A stretch of 64,000 nt of DNA from an uncultured delta proteobacterium (GCA_963823335.1 CAWGLD010000004.1:192001-256000); one strand, 5' to 3'; numbered from the stretch's first letter, positions 29,931 through 40,104 are shown. Program-made: numbers and translations. Notes: generated by a model from the letters alone, not told the origin.

Positions 29931-30001
29931 CTAATTTCAATTTTTGATCAGCTTTTACTATTCAGGGCTCACCACGTTGAAAACCTAAACAGGAGGTCCT
30001 A

Positions 30002-30673
30002 ATGAAAAAAGTTAGTTTTTTTAAATGGAAAAGATCATCCGTGGTGGCAGTACTCAGTGCAATCTGCATCTTTTTTTTTACAACGGGCTGTTCTTTTTTC
30101 GGTATCCGAAACACCGAAGAAGCCGGCTATGCGGTTATCGATAAACGTGACCAGATCGAGATCCGGGAGTACGATGCGCTTGTGGCCGTTGAGACATTTG
30201 TGAACACCGGCTATGGGGAAGCCGGCACTATCGCTTTTAAGAAACTCTTTGCCTACATATCCGGTGAGAATATTTCAAAGACAAAGATTGCCATGACGGC
30301 ACCGGTTATCTCAAAAGAAGGGGATGCGCCGACAGGAGATAAAATTCCCATGACGAGCCCCGTTCTTGGGCAACGGCAAGCCAAGGGCTGGAGATATAGC
30401 TTCTTGCTCCCGGCAGGCTACACACTTGAGAATGCACCGTTTCCGTCTAATCCTGAAGTCAAACTCGCGGTGATACCGAGAAAAAAAGTCGCGGTGATAC
30501 GCTACTCGGGATCCTGGAAAGAGCAAACAATGCGCGAGAAATCCGAAAAACTCGTCGAATGGATCCAGGCCAATGGCCTCGAGCGCCTTTCAAGCCCTCG
30601 TTCCGCGCGATATGATCCCCCTTGGACGCTTCCGTTTTTACGTCGTAACGAGATCATGATCGACGTCAATTAG
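30002..30673 (+). CDS. SOUL heme-binding lipoprotein
   Basis: Lipobox-like TTGC, AFKKLFAYISGEN, KIAMTAPV, YDPPWTLPFLRRNEI. Confidence 0.92.
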   Translation: MKKVSFFKWKRSSVVAVLSAICIFFFTTGCSFFGIRNTEEAGYAVIDKRDQIEIREYDALVAVETFVNTGYGEAGTIAFKKLFAYISGENISKTKIAMTAPVISKEGDAPTGDKIPMTSPVLGQRQAKGWRYSFLLPAGYTLENAPFPSNPEVKLAVIPRKKVAVIRYSGSWKEQTMREKSEKLVEWIQANGLERLSSPRSARYDPPWTLPFLRRNEIMIDVN

Positions 30674-30818
30674 CTGCTTGACCAAGAGGTCATTAAATAC
30701 CAATACCATGGCTGCCAAAGCGAACTGCAATGGTTAGCATATTCCCAGGGGCGGGTCGACTATCCCAGTTAACCGGGCTGAGCGGGTTCTTCGGTACACA
30801 TTATCCAACGGGGTGATT

Positions 30819-31943
30819 ATGGGCAAGCCAGTAAAAGGGTTTATGATCGCAACGTTTCTCATTGTTGCACTGGTCTTTATTGAATCACAGTCATTGGCAG
30901 CAGAATTGTCGGTGCGCTTGGAGAACCCCCCACCCGGAGGGAACGTTCAGTTTGTATTGTTCGATTCGGCCAATACCTTCGGTGACCTTCGGGATCCGGT
31001 GAAGGTTGTGAAACTACCACTTGACGGACGTGAACGCTACCGTGTCACAGATGTCCCCCCCGGTGAGTACGCTCTCTTGGTTTACTTCGATGAAAACAAC
31101 AATGATCGACTGGACAGGAACTTCATCGGTATCCCGAAAGAACCACTGGGCTTTGCAAACCGTTACCAACCCAAAGGCCCGCCGAGCTATCAGCGTGCGG
31201 CCTTTATTTTACGTAAAGGGGAGTCACGTACCATCGACGTAGAGCTCCGCCGCCCCCTGGGAAAGCGTGGCCGCCTGGGTGTTGGCTTGGGTGTTATCGC
31301 TCAAACGAGTCCCTATCGCGATGTCACCGGCGGCGTTTATCGTGCTATCCCGGCGGTTGTCTACACGGGTGAGCGCTTGCAAATTTATGGGCCCAGAATC
31401 CAGATCGGTCTTGCCGGCAATGAAAATCTGCGTCTTGCCGCAACGGGCCGCTATCGATTTGGAACCTACGAGGAAAATGAGAGTGATTTTCTCAGGGGTA
31501 TGGGCGACAGAAAAGACACGTTCATGGCTGGTCTGGCCCTTAATGTCGAACTTCCTGGTGGAGTGAATCTTTCAACCGGGTACGCGCATGACACCCTGGG
31601 CAAGATTGGCGGGGGAGAAGGCAATATCAAAATTGACAAGTCATTCCAAATGGGTGTTTTCAGGTTCTCACCACAAATCGGGCTAAACTGGCTCAGTTCG
31701 AAGGTTGCCAACAACGATTTCGGTGTGCCAACCCGCAAGGCCACCCCAGACCGCCCTGCCTATGAACTCGATTCAATAGTCAATGTGGAGAGTGGCGTCG
31801 GGATGTTCATCGAGGTTACCCGTGACTGGCTGGTCATCTTGAACACAAGTATAGAATTTTTCGACAAAGATGTCATCGACAGCCCTATTGTCAGCGAAGA
31901 ATATATTGTCAAGGGATTGGCTGTCATTAATTATGTGTTTTGA
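30819..31943 (+). CDS. DUF2141 + MipA/OmpV outer-membrane protein fusion
   Basis: DENNNDRLDRNFIGIPKEPLGF (DUF2141-like), then a beta-barrel ending in YVF. Confidence 0.82.
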   Translation: MGKPVKGFMIATFLIVALVFIESQSLAAELSVRLENPPPGGNVQFVLFDSANTFGDLRDPVKVVKLPLDGRERYRVTDVPPGEYALLVYFDENNNDRLDRNFIGIPKEPLGFANRYQPKGPPSYQRAAFILRKGESRTIDVELRRPLGKRGRLGVGLGVIAQTSPYRDVTGGVYRAIPAVVYTGERLQIYGPRIQIGLAGNENLRLAATGRYRFGTYEENESDFLRGMGDRKDTFMAGLALNVELPGGVNLSTGYAHDTLGKIGGGEGNIKIDKSFQMGVFRFSPQIGLNWLSSKVANNDFGVPTRKATPDRPAYELDSIVNVESGVGMFIEVTRDWLVILNTSIEFFDKDVIDSPIVSEEYIVKGLAVINYVF

Positions 31944-32131
31944 TAAAAAGATAACCACTCCTTTTCTTTCTCGATATCAGTATTATAGTCTGAATGTATT
32001 GGTTACCAGCTGTAAAAAAAATGTTCTGCATAATCTCTTGGTAAAAAAGGATCCCATGGGGACATTGTTTTGACAATCACTGAAAACATGGTGATCATCT
32101 GATCATACAGGTCACTCGAAAGGAGGTTCAA

Positions 32132-32506
32132 ATGGAGCTCAAAGAATACTTTGAAAACACGGAAGGCAAAGGCGTCATGGCCACGGCAGACAGCAACGGC
32201 AAGGTGGATACGGCCATATACGCCCGGCCGCATGTCATGGATGATGGAACCATTGCCATGATCATGCGTGATCGACTCACCCATCATAATCTTGAATCCA
32301 ATTCACATGCCTGCTACATGTTTATAGAAAAAGGCCCCGGCTACAAAGGCAAGCGCCTCTTCTTGACCAAAGTGCGCGAGGAGCAGGATTCCGAATTGCT
32401 GCAGTCCCTGCGACGGCGGCAATATATCGACAAAAAGGATGCGTCTAAGTTTCTGGTATTTTTCCAGGTCGACAAAGAGCTGCCCTTGGTGGGCACCGGG
32501 AAGTAG
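32132..32506 (+). CDS. pyridoxamine 5'-phosphate oxidase family (split-barrel flavin-binding) protein
   Basis: VMATADSNGKVDTAIYARP, HHNLESN; RBS AAGGAGG. Confidence 0.8.
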   Translation: MELKEYFENTEGKGVMATADSNGKVDTAIYARPHVMDDGTIAMIMRDRLTHHNLESNSHACYMFIEKGPGYKGKRLFLTKVREEQDSELLQSLRRRQYIDKKDASKFLVFFQVDKELPLVGTGK

Positions 32507-32744
32507 ATATCCGGTTCCAGAGGGCCCGGCACTGATTCAACCCTGTAAAGGTTAATGTTACCCACATTCATCGTGTGATAAATTCTAAATCCGAGGGCCC
32601 TACCCCTGCGGGCGGGATCTTCATTTGGATCCGTCAGGCGAGGTTTGGGGGTCGTTTCGGCAAGTCATGGGAAACGCACTTGCTATTACAGTTTTGGTTA
32701 CCTACAATAGGACTTCGTCCTGAACCCATACGGATAGCGTTTCT

Positions 32745-33197
32745 ATGAAAGCAAATGAGCAGTTTCGAAAAAGAGTGGCAGAATTGTTCCGTACGCAAAA
32801 CCTGGCAACCTTGTCCACCCAGCATGCAGGGCAACCCTATGCCAGCCTGGTGGCATTCGTTGCCAGCGATGACTTGGATCGGATTTACTTCGCAACGCCA
32901 ACGACCACACGTAAATATGCAAATTTGGTCGCTGACAGTCGCGTGGCCATGCTAATCAACAGCAGTATGAACCAGACATCTGATTTTCATCGGGCTATTT
33001 CGGTGACAGCGGTGGGCAAGGCAAAAGATGTCACCGGAAAAGATAAAAAACGCATCCTGGAGCGGTACCTGGCCAAACACCCCCATCTGGAAGATTTTGT
33101 GCATTCGCCAACGTGTGCCATGGTACAGGTTTCGATTACCAGCTATTACATGGTGAAAAATTTCCAGAATGTAACGGAGCTGCACCTAAACTCATGA
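32745..33197 (+). CDS. pyridoxamine 5'-phosphate oxidase family protein
   Basis: LATLST..GQPYASLVAF, TRKYANL, YLAKHPHL. Confidence 0.85.
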   Translation: MKANEQFRKRVAELFRTQNLATLSTQHAGQPYASLVAFVASDDLDRIYFATPTTTRKYANLVADSRVAMLINSSMNQTSDFHRAISVTAVGKAKDVTGKDKKRILERYLAKHPHLEDFVHSPTCAMVQVSITSYYMVKNFQNVTELHLNS

Positions 33198-35389
33198 ACT
33201 GGATTCTAACCACCGAAGAGATCCATCCCGGCAATCGACATAGCGTCGGCGGCAAAGGATACGCCCTGTCTCTTCTGACCAAGGGGGGCTTCAAGATTCC
33301 CAGAACGATCTGCATCACCACCGATGCCTATCATGAGTATGTAAATGGGTCCGGCCTGCGTGAGCGCATCCTAATGGAACTCCATCGAAAAGATTTCAAG
33401 GAAATGCGATGGGAAGAAATCTGGGACTGCGCAACCCGCATTCGCAACTTATTCCTGACCAAACCGCTATCTACAGACCTGGTGCAGAATATTCGCGAGC
33501 ATATCGAAAAACGATTCCAGGACAGAACGGTGGCCATTCGGTCTTCGGCGCCCGAAGAAGACGACGCCCGGTCATCGTTTGCCGGGCTGCATGAATCCTT
33601 TATCAACATATCCGGTGCAGACTCGATCCTGAAACACATCCGTATGGTATGGGCCTCGCTGTGGTCGGATGCAGCTTTGCTGTATCGCCAGGAAATCGGC
33701 TTGGACGTTGAAAAGAGTTCCATGGCGGTGGTGGTACAGGAAACCGTCGCCGGTGAAAGGTCTGGCGTCGTCTTTACCCGAAACCCCAATGACGAGAACC
33801 AGGGAATTATTGAATCGATTCACGGGTTAAACCAAGGTCTTGTGGACGGCACGATTGAACCGGATCGCTGGATAATCGATCGACATAGCAACAAGATTGT
33901 TTCGCACACCTCCCCGGAACGAAAAAACTGGATCGTGCCAAACTCTAAAGGTACCCAAATGGCGGCTCTTCCGGCAGAGAAATCGGCCCAACCGCCCCTG
34001 ATCTCACAAGAGGTCGATGTCGTATTTCAAACGGCCCTTAAAGCAGAACAATTTTTTAAAATACCGCAGGATGTGGAATGGACCTATGACAAGGACGCGC
34101 TGATCCTGCTCCAATCCCGCCCCATTACGACCCTGAGCTCAGATAAATCAGATAAACCAGAAGACAATCGCGGCTGGTATCTGAGCCTGCACCGCAGCTT
34201 TGATAACCTAAAAGACCTGCGACGAAAAATTGAAAAAGAACTGATTCCAGGTATGATCGCTGAAGCTGAAAGCCTGAACGCAAAAAACCTCATAAAGATG
34301 TCGAATCGTATCTTGGCGGATGAGATCAGAAAACGTCTGGAAATCAACCACAAGTGGGTCAACATTTACTGGGCCGATTTTATTCCGTATGCCCATGGTG
34401 TAAGGTTGTTCGGACAGGTTTACAATGATGCTGTACGCCCTGATGATCCTTACGAATTCATGGATCTGCTTACCCATACCCAAATGGCCAGCATCGAGCG
34501 AAACAAGATGCTGATGGATCTGGCAGCCATCATCCGCAGGGATGAGCAATTGGCAGAGATGTTAAAGCAGGGCAATTACGACAGCCTCGATGTCAAATTT
34601 AATGTGTTGATCGATGAATTTATCGAAAAATTTGGCGACCTCTCCTGTGCGGTCACCGGTGGTAAAAATTGCGTTCTGGGAACCGGGCCACTATACCGAC
34701 TGCTGCTCGAAATGGCCAAATACCCAGCCCAGACAGGCAGCCACAGAAAAAAGAACGCAATCAAGCGATCGATTCAGAAATACTCCGATCACTTTGAAGA
34801 AGATCAGAAGGCCTGGGCCATGGAACTGCTTGATCTGGCCAGAAACAGCTATCAGTTGCGTGATGATGATAATATCTATCTTGGCCGCATCGAAGCACAA
34901 TTGCTGGCAGCCGTCCAGGAAGCAAAAAAACGCCTTGAAAACCTGGCCGGTGATCCATCCGCCAACGTGTTGCAACAGGTTATAGAAGAAGTTGATTTCG
35001 GAACCGAATCTCAGTCAACTTCCCTCGCAGAGAAGACCGAAATTGGCAGGCTTCAAGCCCGCCAACTGACCGGCCAGCCCGCCGGCCCGGGCATTTCAAA
35101 AGGCAAAGCCCGGGTGATCCGGCATCATTCCGACCTGGCAAATTTTAAACATGGCGAGGTCTTGGTGTGCGATGCCGTCGACCCCAATATTACCTTTGTT
35201 GTACCCTTGGCCACGGCCGTTGTCGAAAGAAGGGGCGGCATGTTGATTCATGGCGCCATTATCGCACGCGAATATGGCTTGCCATGTATTACCGGTGTAC
35301 CGGACGCAACCAGGTTGATCCAGACCGGTGACAACATCACCGTGGATGGATATTTGGGAATTGTAACCATCGGTGATGCCAGCTTGTAA
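33194..35389 (+). CDS. PEP-synthase/PPDK-like enzyme (ATP-grasp + central helical + phospho-His swivel domain)
   Basis: VGGKG, AIRSSAPEED..SFAGLHES, QDVEW, LQSRPIT, GGMLIHGAIIAREYGLP; ATGA overlap with the upstream gene. Confidence 0.85.
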   Translation: MNWILTTEEIHPGNRHSVGGKGYALSLLTKGGFKIPRTICITTDAYHEYVNGSGLRERILMELHRKDFKEMRWEEIWDCATRIRNLFLTKPLSTDLVQNIREHIEKRFQDRTVAIRSSAPEEDDARSSFAGLHESFINISGADSILKHIRMVWASLWSDAALLYRQEIGLDVEKSSMAVVVQETVAGERSGVVFTRNPNDENQGIIESIHGLNQGLVDGTIEPDRWIIDRHSNKIVSHTSPERKNWIVPNSKGTQMAALPAEKSAQPPLISQEVDVVFQTALKAEQFFKIPQDVEWTYDKDALILLQSRPITTLSSDKSDKPEDNRGWYLSLHRSFDNLKDLRRKIEKELIPGMIAEAESLNAKNLIKMSNRILADEIRKRLEINHKWVNIYWADFIPYAHGVRLFGQVYNDAVRPDDPYEFMDLLTHTQMASIERNKMLMDLAAIIRRDEQLAEMLKQGNYDSLDVKFNVLIDEFIEKFGDLSCAVTGGKNCVLGTGPLYRLLLEMAKYPAQTGSHRKKNAIKRSIQKYSDHFEEDQKAWAMELLDLARNSYQLRDDDNIYLGRIEAQLLAAVQEAKKRLENLAGDPSANVLQQVIEEVDFGTESQSTSLAEKTEIGRLQARQLTGQPAGPGISKGKARVIRHHSDLANFKHGEVLVCDAVDPNITFVVPLATAVVERRGGMLIHGAIIAREYGLPCITGVPDATRLIQTGDNITVDGYLGIVTIGDASL

Positions 35390-35473
35390 CAATCGGAAGG
35401 TTCATATGACAATCAGCATGAGTGAAAACGAATCATCAACCCAAAAAAACGCGAGATGGTGAGGGCTTTCAAG

Positions 35474-36424
35474 ATGGATGAAAATTTTAGAATAGGCATC
35501 AGCAGTTGTTTACTCGGAAATATGGTACGTTGGAATGCAGGCCATAAACGCGATCGCTTCCTGACAGATACCCTGGGTCGATTCGTAGAATATATTCCCG
35601 TATGCCCCGAAGTGGAAGCCGGGTTCGGTATTCCCAGGGAGTCGATGCGTCTGGTGGGCGACCCTGACAAACCGCGTCTGATAACCTTCAAAAGCAAGAC
35701 GGACGGAACCCATCAAATGACTCACTGGGCGACAGCGCGCGTCCAGGAACTCGAAAAGGAGGATTTGTGCGGCTTCATTTTCAAGAGCGATTCCCCCAGC
35801 AGCGGTATGATACGGGTAAAGGTCTACAACGACAAAGGCATGCCCGAAAAGAAAGGGGTGGGCATGTTTGCCCGGGCTTACATGGATCATTTCCCCCTCA
35901 TACCGGTGGAGGACGACGGCCGGCTGCACGACCCCGCCATCCGTGAAAATTTTATCGAGCGAATCTTTACCCTGAAACGCTGGCGGGACTTCACTGCCAA
36001 ATCACCCAAGATGGCAACCCTGATTGATTTTCATACTCGCAACAAACTTTTGTTTCTGGCACACAGCCAAAAACACTACCGTCTGATGGGAAAATTGGTG
36101 GCAGAGGGCAAGAAACTGCCCATAAAAGAGCTTCTTGACCGGTATGTGCGTCTTATGATGGAGGCATTGGCGCTCAAAACCACGACAAAGAAAAATATCA
36201 ATGTCCTGCAGCACTTGATGGGATATTTCAAAAAAGAACTGAGTGGGGATGAAAAACAGGAACTGCTCGAAATATTTGATCAATATCGTCGGGAACTGGT
36301 ACCCTTGATCGTACCCATCACCCTCGTCAATCATTATGTGCGCAAATATGACCAGCCCTATCTGAAGCATCAAACCTATCTTAACCCCCACCCGCTTGAG
36401 CTCAAACTGCGCACGCATGTGTAA
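35474..36424 (+). CDS. DUF523-DUF1722 fusion (TudS/RudS-like thiouridine desulfidase; YbgA-like)
   Basis: GISSCLLG, VCPEVEAG, KSDSPSSG, NVLQHLMGYFK, YLNPHP. Confidence 0.85.
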   Translation: MDENFRIGISSCLLGNMVRWNAGHKRDRFLTDTLGRFVEYIPVCPEVEAGFGIPRESMRLVGDPDKPRLITFKSKTDGTHQMTHWATARVQELEKEDLCGFIFKSDSPSSGMIRVKVYNDKGMPEKKGVGMFARAYMDHFPLIPVEDDGRLHDPAIRENFIERIFTLKRWRDFTAKSPKMATLIDFHTRNKLLFLAHSQKHYRLMGKLVAEGKKLPIKELLDRYVRLMMEALALKTTTKKNINVLQHLMGYFKKELSGDEKQELLEIFDQYRRELVPLIVPITLVNHYVRKYDQPYLKHQTYLNPHPLELKLRTHV

Positions 36425-36428
36425 GGGA

Positions 36429-36553
36429 AGGGTCCGAGGGTGAAAGGGTTTGAGGGTTCGAGGGTATGAGGGTGCCATAAGCCGTAAGCTGTAAAAGAGC
36501 AAAAGCCTGCAAACGATAGCTTTTTCCTTGAACCCTTGGATCCTGGAATCCTT
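36429..36553. repeat. inverted 8-mer arrays enclosing 7-mer arrays
   Basis: AGGGTCCG AGGGTGAA AGGGTTTG AGGGTTCG AGGGTATG AGGGTGCC ... ccttgaacccttggatcctggaatcctt. Confidence 0.8.
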
Positions 36554-36558
36554 AAACG

Positions 36559-36573
36559 ATAGTTTTTACCTAT
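36559..36573 (+). promoter_or_regulatory. regulon box upstream of peptide 2 and the SDR-photolyase genes
   Basis: ATAGTTTTTACCTAT, then 24 nt, then TTGATT at 36598. Confidence 0.75.
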
Positions 36574-36670
36574 TATATACCCCCCATTTCTCCCTTGTTG
36601 ATTTATTCTTGCCCATGCATAACTTATGTACAAGCAAGGGTTGAACAAAACAAACAAGGGAGGTACTACC

Positions 36671-36808
36671 ATGACAAATAAAAATGATTATGTTGAAAGC
36701 GAAGAAGAAAGAGAAGAAGGACATGTGGACACCCGTGAGAAAAATTTTGACTGCGAAAAAAAGGACCCCAAGCTGGGATGTGACCCGGGAATCGATGTGG
36801 CAGGATAA
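36671..36808 (+). CDS. 45-aa acidic C-x8-C peptide, copy 2
   Basis: MTNKNDYVESEEEREEGHVDTREKNFDCEKKDPKLGCDPGIDVAG; RBS AGGGAGG; 37/45 identical to copy 1. Confidence 0.88.
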   Translation: MTNKNDYVESEEEREEGHVDTREKNFDCEKKDPKLGCDPGIDVAG

Positions 36809-36854
36809 CCAGACAGCACGTACCCGCCAAACCCAGATAGGTATGATTTGAATC

Positions 36855-36890
36855 AAGGCAGAGCCGGAAACGGCTCTGCCTTTTTTATTT
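36855..36890 (+). terminator. rho-independent terminator
   Basis: aaggcagagccg-gaaa-cggctctgcctt followed by ttttattt. Confidence 0.85.
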
Positions 36891-36942
36891 GATCCCTATG
36901 TAAAGACCTAACAAATTACAAAAACTTAAAGGAAGTCCTGCA

Positions 36943-38487
36943 ATGAACACTGATCTTATCCTCGTGACCGGTGCCACCGGGTATGTAGGCGGGCGGTTGA
37001 TTCCTGCCTTGATAAAGGACGGTTATGGGGTACGTGCCATGGCTCGAAACCTGAATAAAATCGGATGCCGGCCCTGGGCCGGGGACTCCCGGGTGGAACT
37101 GGTTCAAGGCGATGTCCTGGATCTGAAATCGCTCAAGAAAGCAGCTTCCGGGTGCAGGGCGGCCTATTATCTGGTGCATTCCATGATCGCCCAGAAGGAT
37201 AAGTTCGCCGAGGCCGATCGCCGTGCGGCCAAAAATATGGTTGCAGCCGCATCTGACGCAGGCCTGAAAAGAATCATCTACCTTGGGGGGCTGGCGGAAA
37301 GCAAGGCAGGAATCTTGAGCAAGCATCTGAGGTCACGCATCGAAGTGGCCGAGATCCTGCAGGCCGGGCCGGTTCCCACCACCGATTTGAGGACCCCCAT
37401 GATCTTGGGTTCCGGAAGCGCTTCTTTTGAAATTCTGCGCTACCTGGTCGAACGTCTGCCCGTCATGACCACGCCCCGCTGGGTGCGCTCAATGAATCAA
37501 CCCATCGCCATTCGCAATGTCATCACCTATCTTGTGGGCTGTCTCAAACATCAGGAAACCATTGGCCAAACCTATGACATCGGTGGGCCTGATATTCTCA
37601 CCTACCGAGATCTGCTGGATATCTATGCCGAGGAAGCACGACTACCCAAACGATGGATCATACCCGTACCCGTTCTAACGCCCACACTGAGTGCCTTGTG
37701 GATTCACCTGATCAGCCCGGTACCCAAGGACATTGCCTTGCCTTTGACCGAAGGGCTGACCAGTGATGCCGTCTGTACTGAAAATCGAATTCAATCCATC
37801 ATACCCCAGCCCTTGTTGAGCTGCAGGGAAGCCATACGAATGGCTCTCGATCGTATTAAACAGGAACAGGTGCAAACCTGCTGGATGGATGCAGGCAGTT
37901 TGCTGGCACCTGAGTGGGCCCATTGCGGAGATGCTGAATGGGCCGGGGGCACGATCATGCAATGTGGCTATCGGGCCCTTTTGCAAGCACGCCCACAGGA
38001 CGTTTGGAACCCCGTGTCACGTATCGGAGGCAACACAGGCTGGTATTTTGGCAACTTTCTCTGGCGCTTGCGTGGGATCATGGACCGGTTGGCGGGGGGC
38101 GTGGGCTTGCGGCGCGGGCGTCGTCATCCCGTTGAGCTCGGTGTCGGCGACGCGTTGGACTTCTGGCGGGTACTGCTCGTAGATCCGCCTGAACGATTGC
38201 TTCTTTTAGCTGAGATGAAAATGCCCGGTGAAGCACTGCTTGAAATCCAGATCACAGAAAGCAAGAAAGGTCGAACCGAGCTCCGTTTGCTGTCCCGGTT
38301 TCTGCCCAAGGGTCTCTTGGGCATCCTCTATTGGTACGGGCTTTATCCCTTTCATCAATGGATTTTCTCGGGTATGCTCCAAGGCATTGCCAAAGCAATT
38401 CAAAAACCGGTTCTGCACGGCCCCGAAAGATTTACCCCCAAGATTACAAAGACATGTGCATTGCCATCAAAAAACATTGAGCGATAA
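36943..38487 (+). CDS. SDR family oxidoreductase with DUF2867 (YbjT-like)
   Basis: VTGATGYVGG, YYLVHSM, GSGSASFE, GDALDFWRV, AEMKMPG. Confidence 0.9.
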   Translation: MNTDLILVTGATGYVGGRLIPALIKDGYGVRAMARNLNKIGCRPWAGDSRVELVQGDVLDLKSLKKAASGCRAAYYLVHSMIAQKDKFAEADRRAAKNMVAAASDAGLKRIIYLGGLAESKAGILSKHLRSRIEVAEILQAGPVPTTDLRTPMILGSGSASFEILRYLVERLPVMTTPRWVRSMNQPIAIRNVITYLVGCLKHQETIGQTYDIGGPDILTYRDLLDIYAEEARLPKRWIIPVPVLTPTLSALWIHLISPVPKDIALPLTEGLTSDAVCTENRIQSIIPQPLLSCREAIRMALDRIKQEQVQTCWMDAGSLLAPEWAHCGDAEWAGGTIMQCGYRALLQARPQDVWNPVSRIGGNTGWYFGNFLWRLRGIMDRLAGGVGLRRGRRHPVELGVGDALDFWRVLLVDPPERLLLLAEMKMPGEALLEIQITESKKGRTELRLLSRFLPKGLLGILYWYGLYPFHQWIFSGMLQGIAKAIQKPVLHGPERFTPKITKTCALPSKNIER

Positions 38488-38582
38488 GCGATAGGCTGTA
38501 ATCTGTAAGCCGCCTACCGCTTATTGCTTATCGCTTGCAGCTTAAAGCTTAAAGCAAGAAACAAGGTGAAACATTGAATATC

Positions 38583-39959
38583 ATGCCCATTCAACCCGCT
38601 CGCATCCAGCCATTGAATAAGCACAGCATCAAAAAGGGGCGCTATGTGCTCTACTGGATGCAGCAAGCCCAGCGGGCCGAATACAACCATGCCCTGGAAT
38701 ATGCCATTCAACAGGCCAACACAATCGAACAAGGCGTACTGGTGGGCTTTGGTCTGATGGACGATTACCCGGAAGCCAACCTGCGTCATGTCACCTTTAT
38801 GCTGGAAGGACTGCGAGAAACTCAGGCCACCCTGGCCAACCAGGGGATCAAAATGGTTATCCAACACGGTTCTCCAGTGGATGTGGCTTTGTCCCTTGGG
38901 AAAAATGCCTCGTTGATCGTCTGCGATCGTGGTTACCTCAAGCATCAAAAAGCCTGGCGCACTCGTGTGGCCCTCTCGGCAGACTGCCCGGTTGTGCAGG
39001 TGGAAAGTGATGTGGTGGTACCCATAGAGATTGTCTCCAACAAAGCCGAGTATGCGGCGCGCACGATTCGCCCCAGGATACACCGGCACCTGGATGATTA
39101 TCTTGTGCCGTTACCGACCAGCAGGGTGAAAAAAAATTCACTCGGCTTAAACATCGACAGTCTGGATCTAAAGGACATTGGCACCCTTATAAAGCGTCTT
39201 TCTTTGGACCAGCAAATTGCGCCGGCAACTCAGTTTTTCAAAGGCGGCCCATCCCAGGCAATGGCAAGGTTTGAACATTTTATTCAAAAGCAGTTTCATC
39301 GCTATGTGGAAAACCGCAACCAACCCCAGACCGATGATATTTCCCACATGAGTCCCTATCTGCATTTTGGGCAGATTTCACCCCTCTACCTAGCGTTGAG
39401 AGTCAAAGCAGACAAGGGCCGTCATTGGGAGGCCCAAGAAGCCTATCTGGAAGAGTTGATCGTTCGCCGTGAGATGGCCATGAACTTTACCCATTACAAC
39501 CCCAGCTATCATTCGTTTGCCTGCCTGCCACCATGGGCCCGGAATTCATTGCAACAACACCAGCAAGACCCCCGCGAGAGCATATATACCCGCAGGCAAC
39601 TGGAAAATGCCAGAACCCACGATGCTTATTGGAACGCAGCCATGCAAGAGATGAGGATCACCGGCTTTATGCACAACTACATGCGGATGTACTGGGGGAA
39701 AAAGATACTGGAGTGGTCCAGAACGCCTATGCATGCCTTTCGAACAACCCTGGCCATCAACAATAAATATTTTATCGATGGCCGGGACCCAAACTCTTAT
39801 GCCGGGGTCGCCTGGATCTTCGGTATGCATGACCGCGCCTGGTTCGAGCGGCCGATATTTGGTAAAGTCCGCTACATGGCGGCATCCGGCCTGGAGCGAA
39901 AGTGCGACATCCAGGGATATGTGGACAAAGTTGATGCAGTCGTAAAAAGTCTGAATTAG
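38583..39959 (+). CDS. phr: deoxyribodipyrimidine photolyase, class II
   Basis: YWMQQAQRAEYNHAL, SPYLHFGQIS, GFMHNYMRMYWGKKILEW, DGRDPNSY. Confidence 0.95.
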   Translation: MPIQPARIQPLNKHSIKKGRYVLYWMQQAQRAEYNHALEYAIQQANTIEQGVLVGFGLMDDYPEANLRHVTFMLEGLRETQATLANQGIKMVIQHGSPVDVALSLGKNASLIVCDRGYLKHQKAWRTRVALSADCPVVQVESDVVVPIEIVSNKAEYAARTIRPRIHRHLDDYLVPLPTSRVKKNSLGLNIDSLDLKDIGTLIKRLSLDQQIAPATQFFKGGPSQAMARFEHFIQKQFHRYVENRNQPQTDDISHMSPYLHFGQISPLYLALRVKADKGRHWEAQEAYLEELIVRREMAMNFTHYNPSYHSFACLPPWARNSLQQHQQDPRESIYTRRQLENARTHDAYWNAAMQEMRITGFMHNYMRMYWGKKILEWSRTPMHAFRTTLAINNKYFIDGRDPNSYAGVAWIFGMHDRAWFERPIFGKVRYMAASGLERKCDIQGYVDKVDAVVKSLN

Positions 39960-39981
39960 GCGGTTTCGTTAAAAGTTCAAA

Positions 39982-40056
39982 TTGAAGAACCTCGCAGCAT
40001 GCGCAGCACTGCCGAACGGCAGAACCTAAGGGGAATGCGCTCGCTGTTGCGGTTCA
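39982..40056 (-). mobile_element. non-autonomous IS200/IS605-like palindromic element (75-nt form)
   Basis: Near-identical to 4154-4228. Confidence 0.75.
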
Positions 40057-40104
40057 AGGCGTGCAAAAACAAAGCCCTGTGACGTTTTTTGGTAACAGAG
40101 TAGG

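Noticed and set aside
36429-36553. CRISPR array
   Set aside because: Units are 6-8 nt in tandem without unique spacers, and there are no cas genes. The same applies to the other short arrays.
29718-36808. The two peptide genes as a DGR TR/VR pair, or as true CP12
   Set aside because: Differences are not confined to adenines, both copies have full expression signals, and the CP12 core motif and N-terminal Cys pair are absent.
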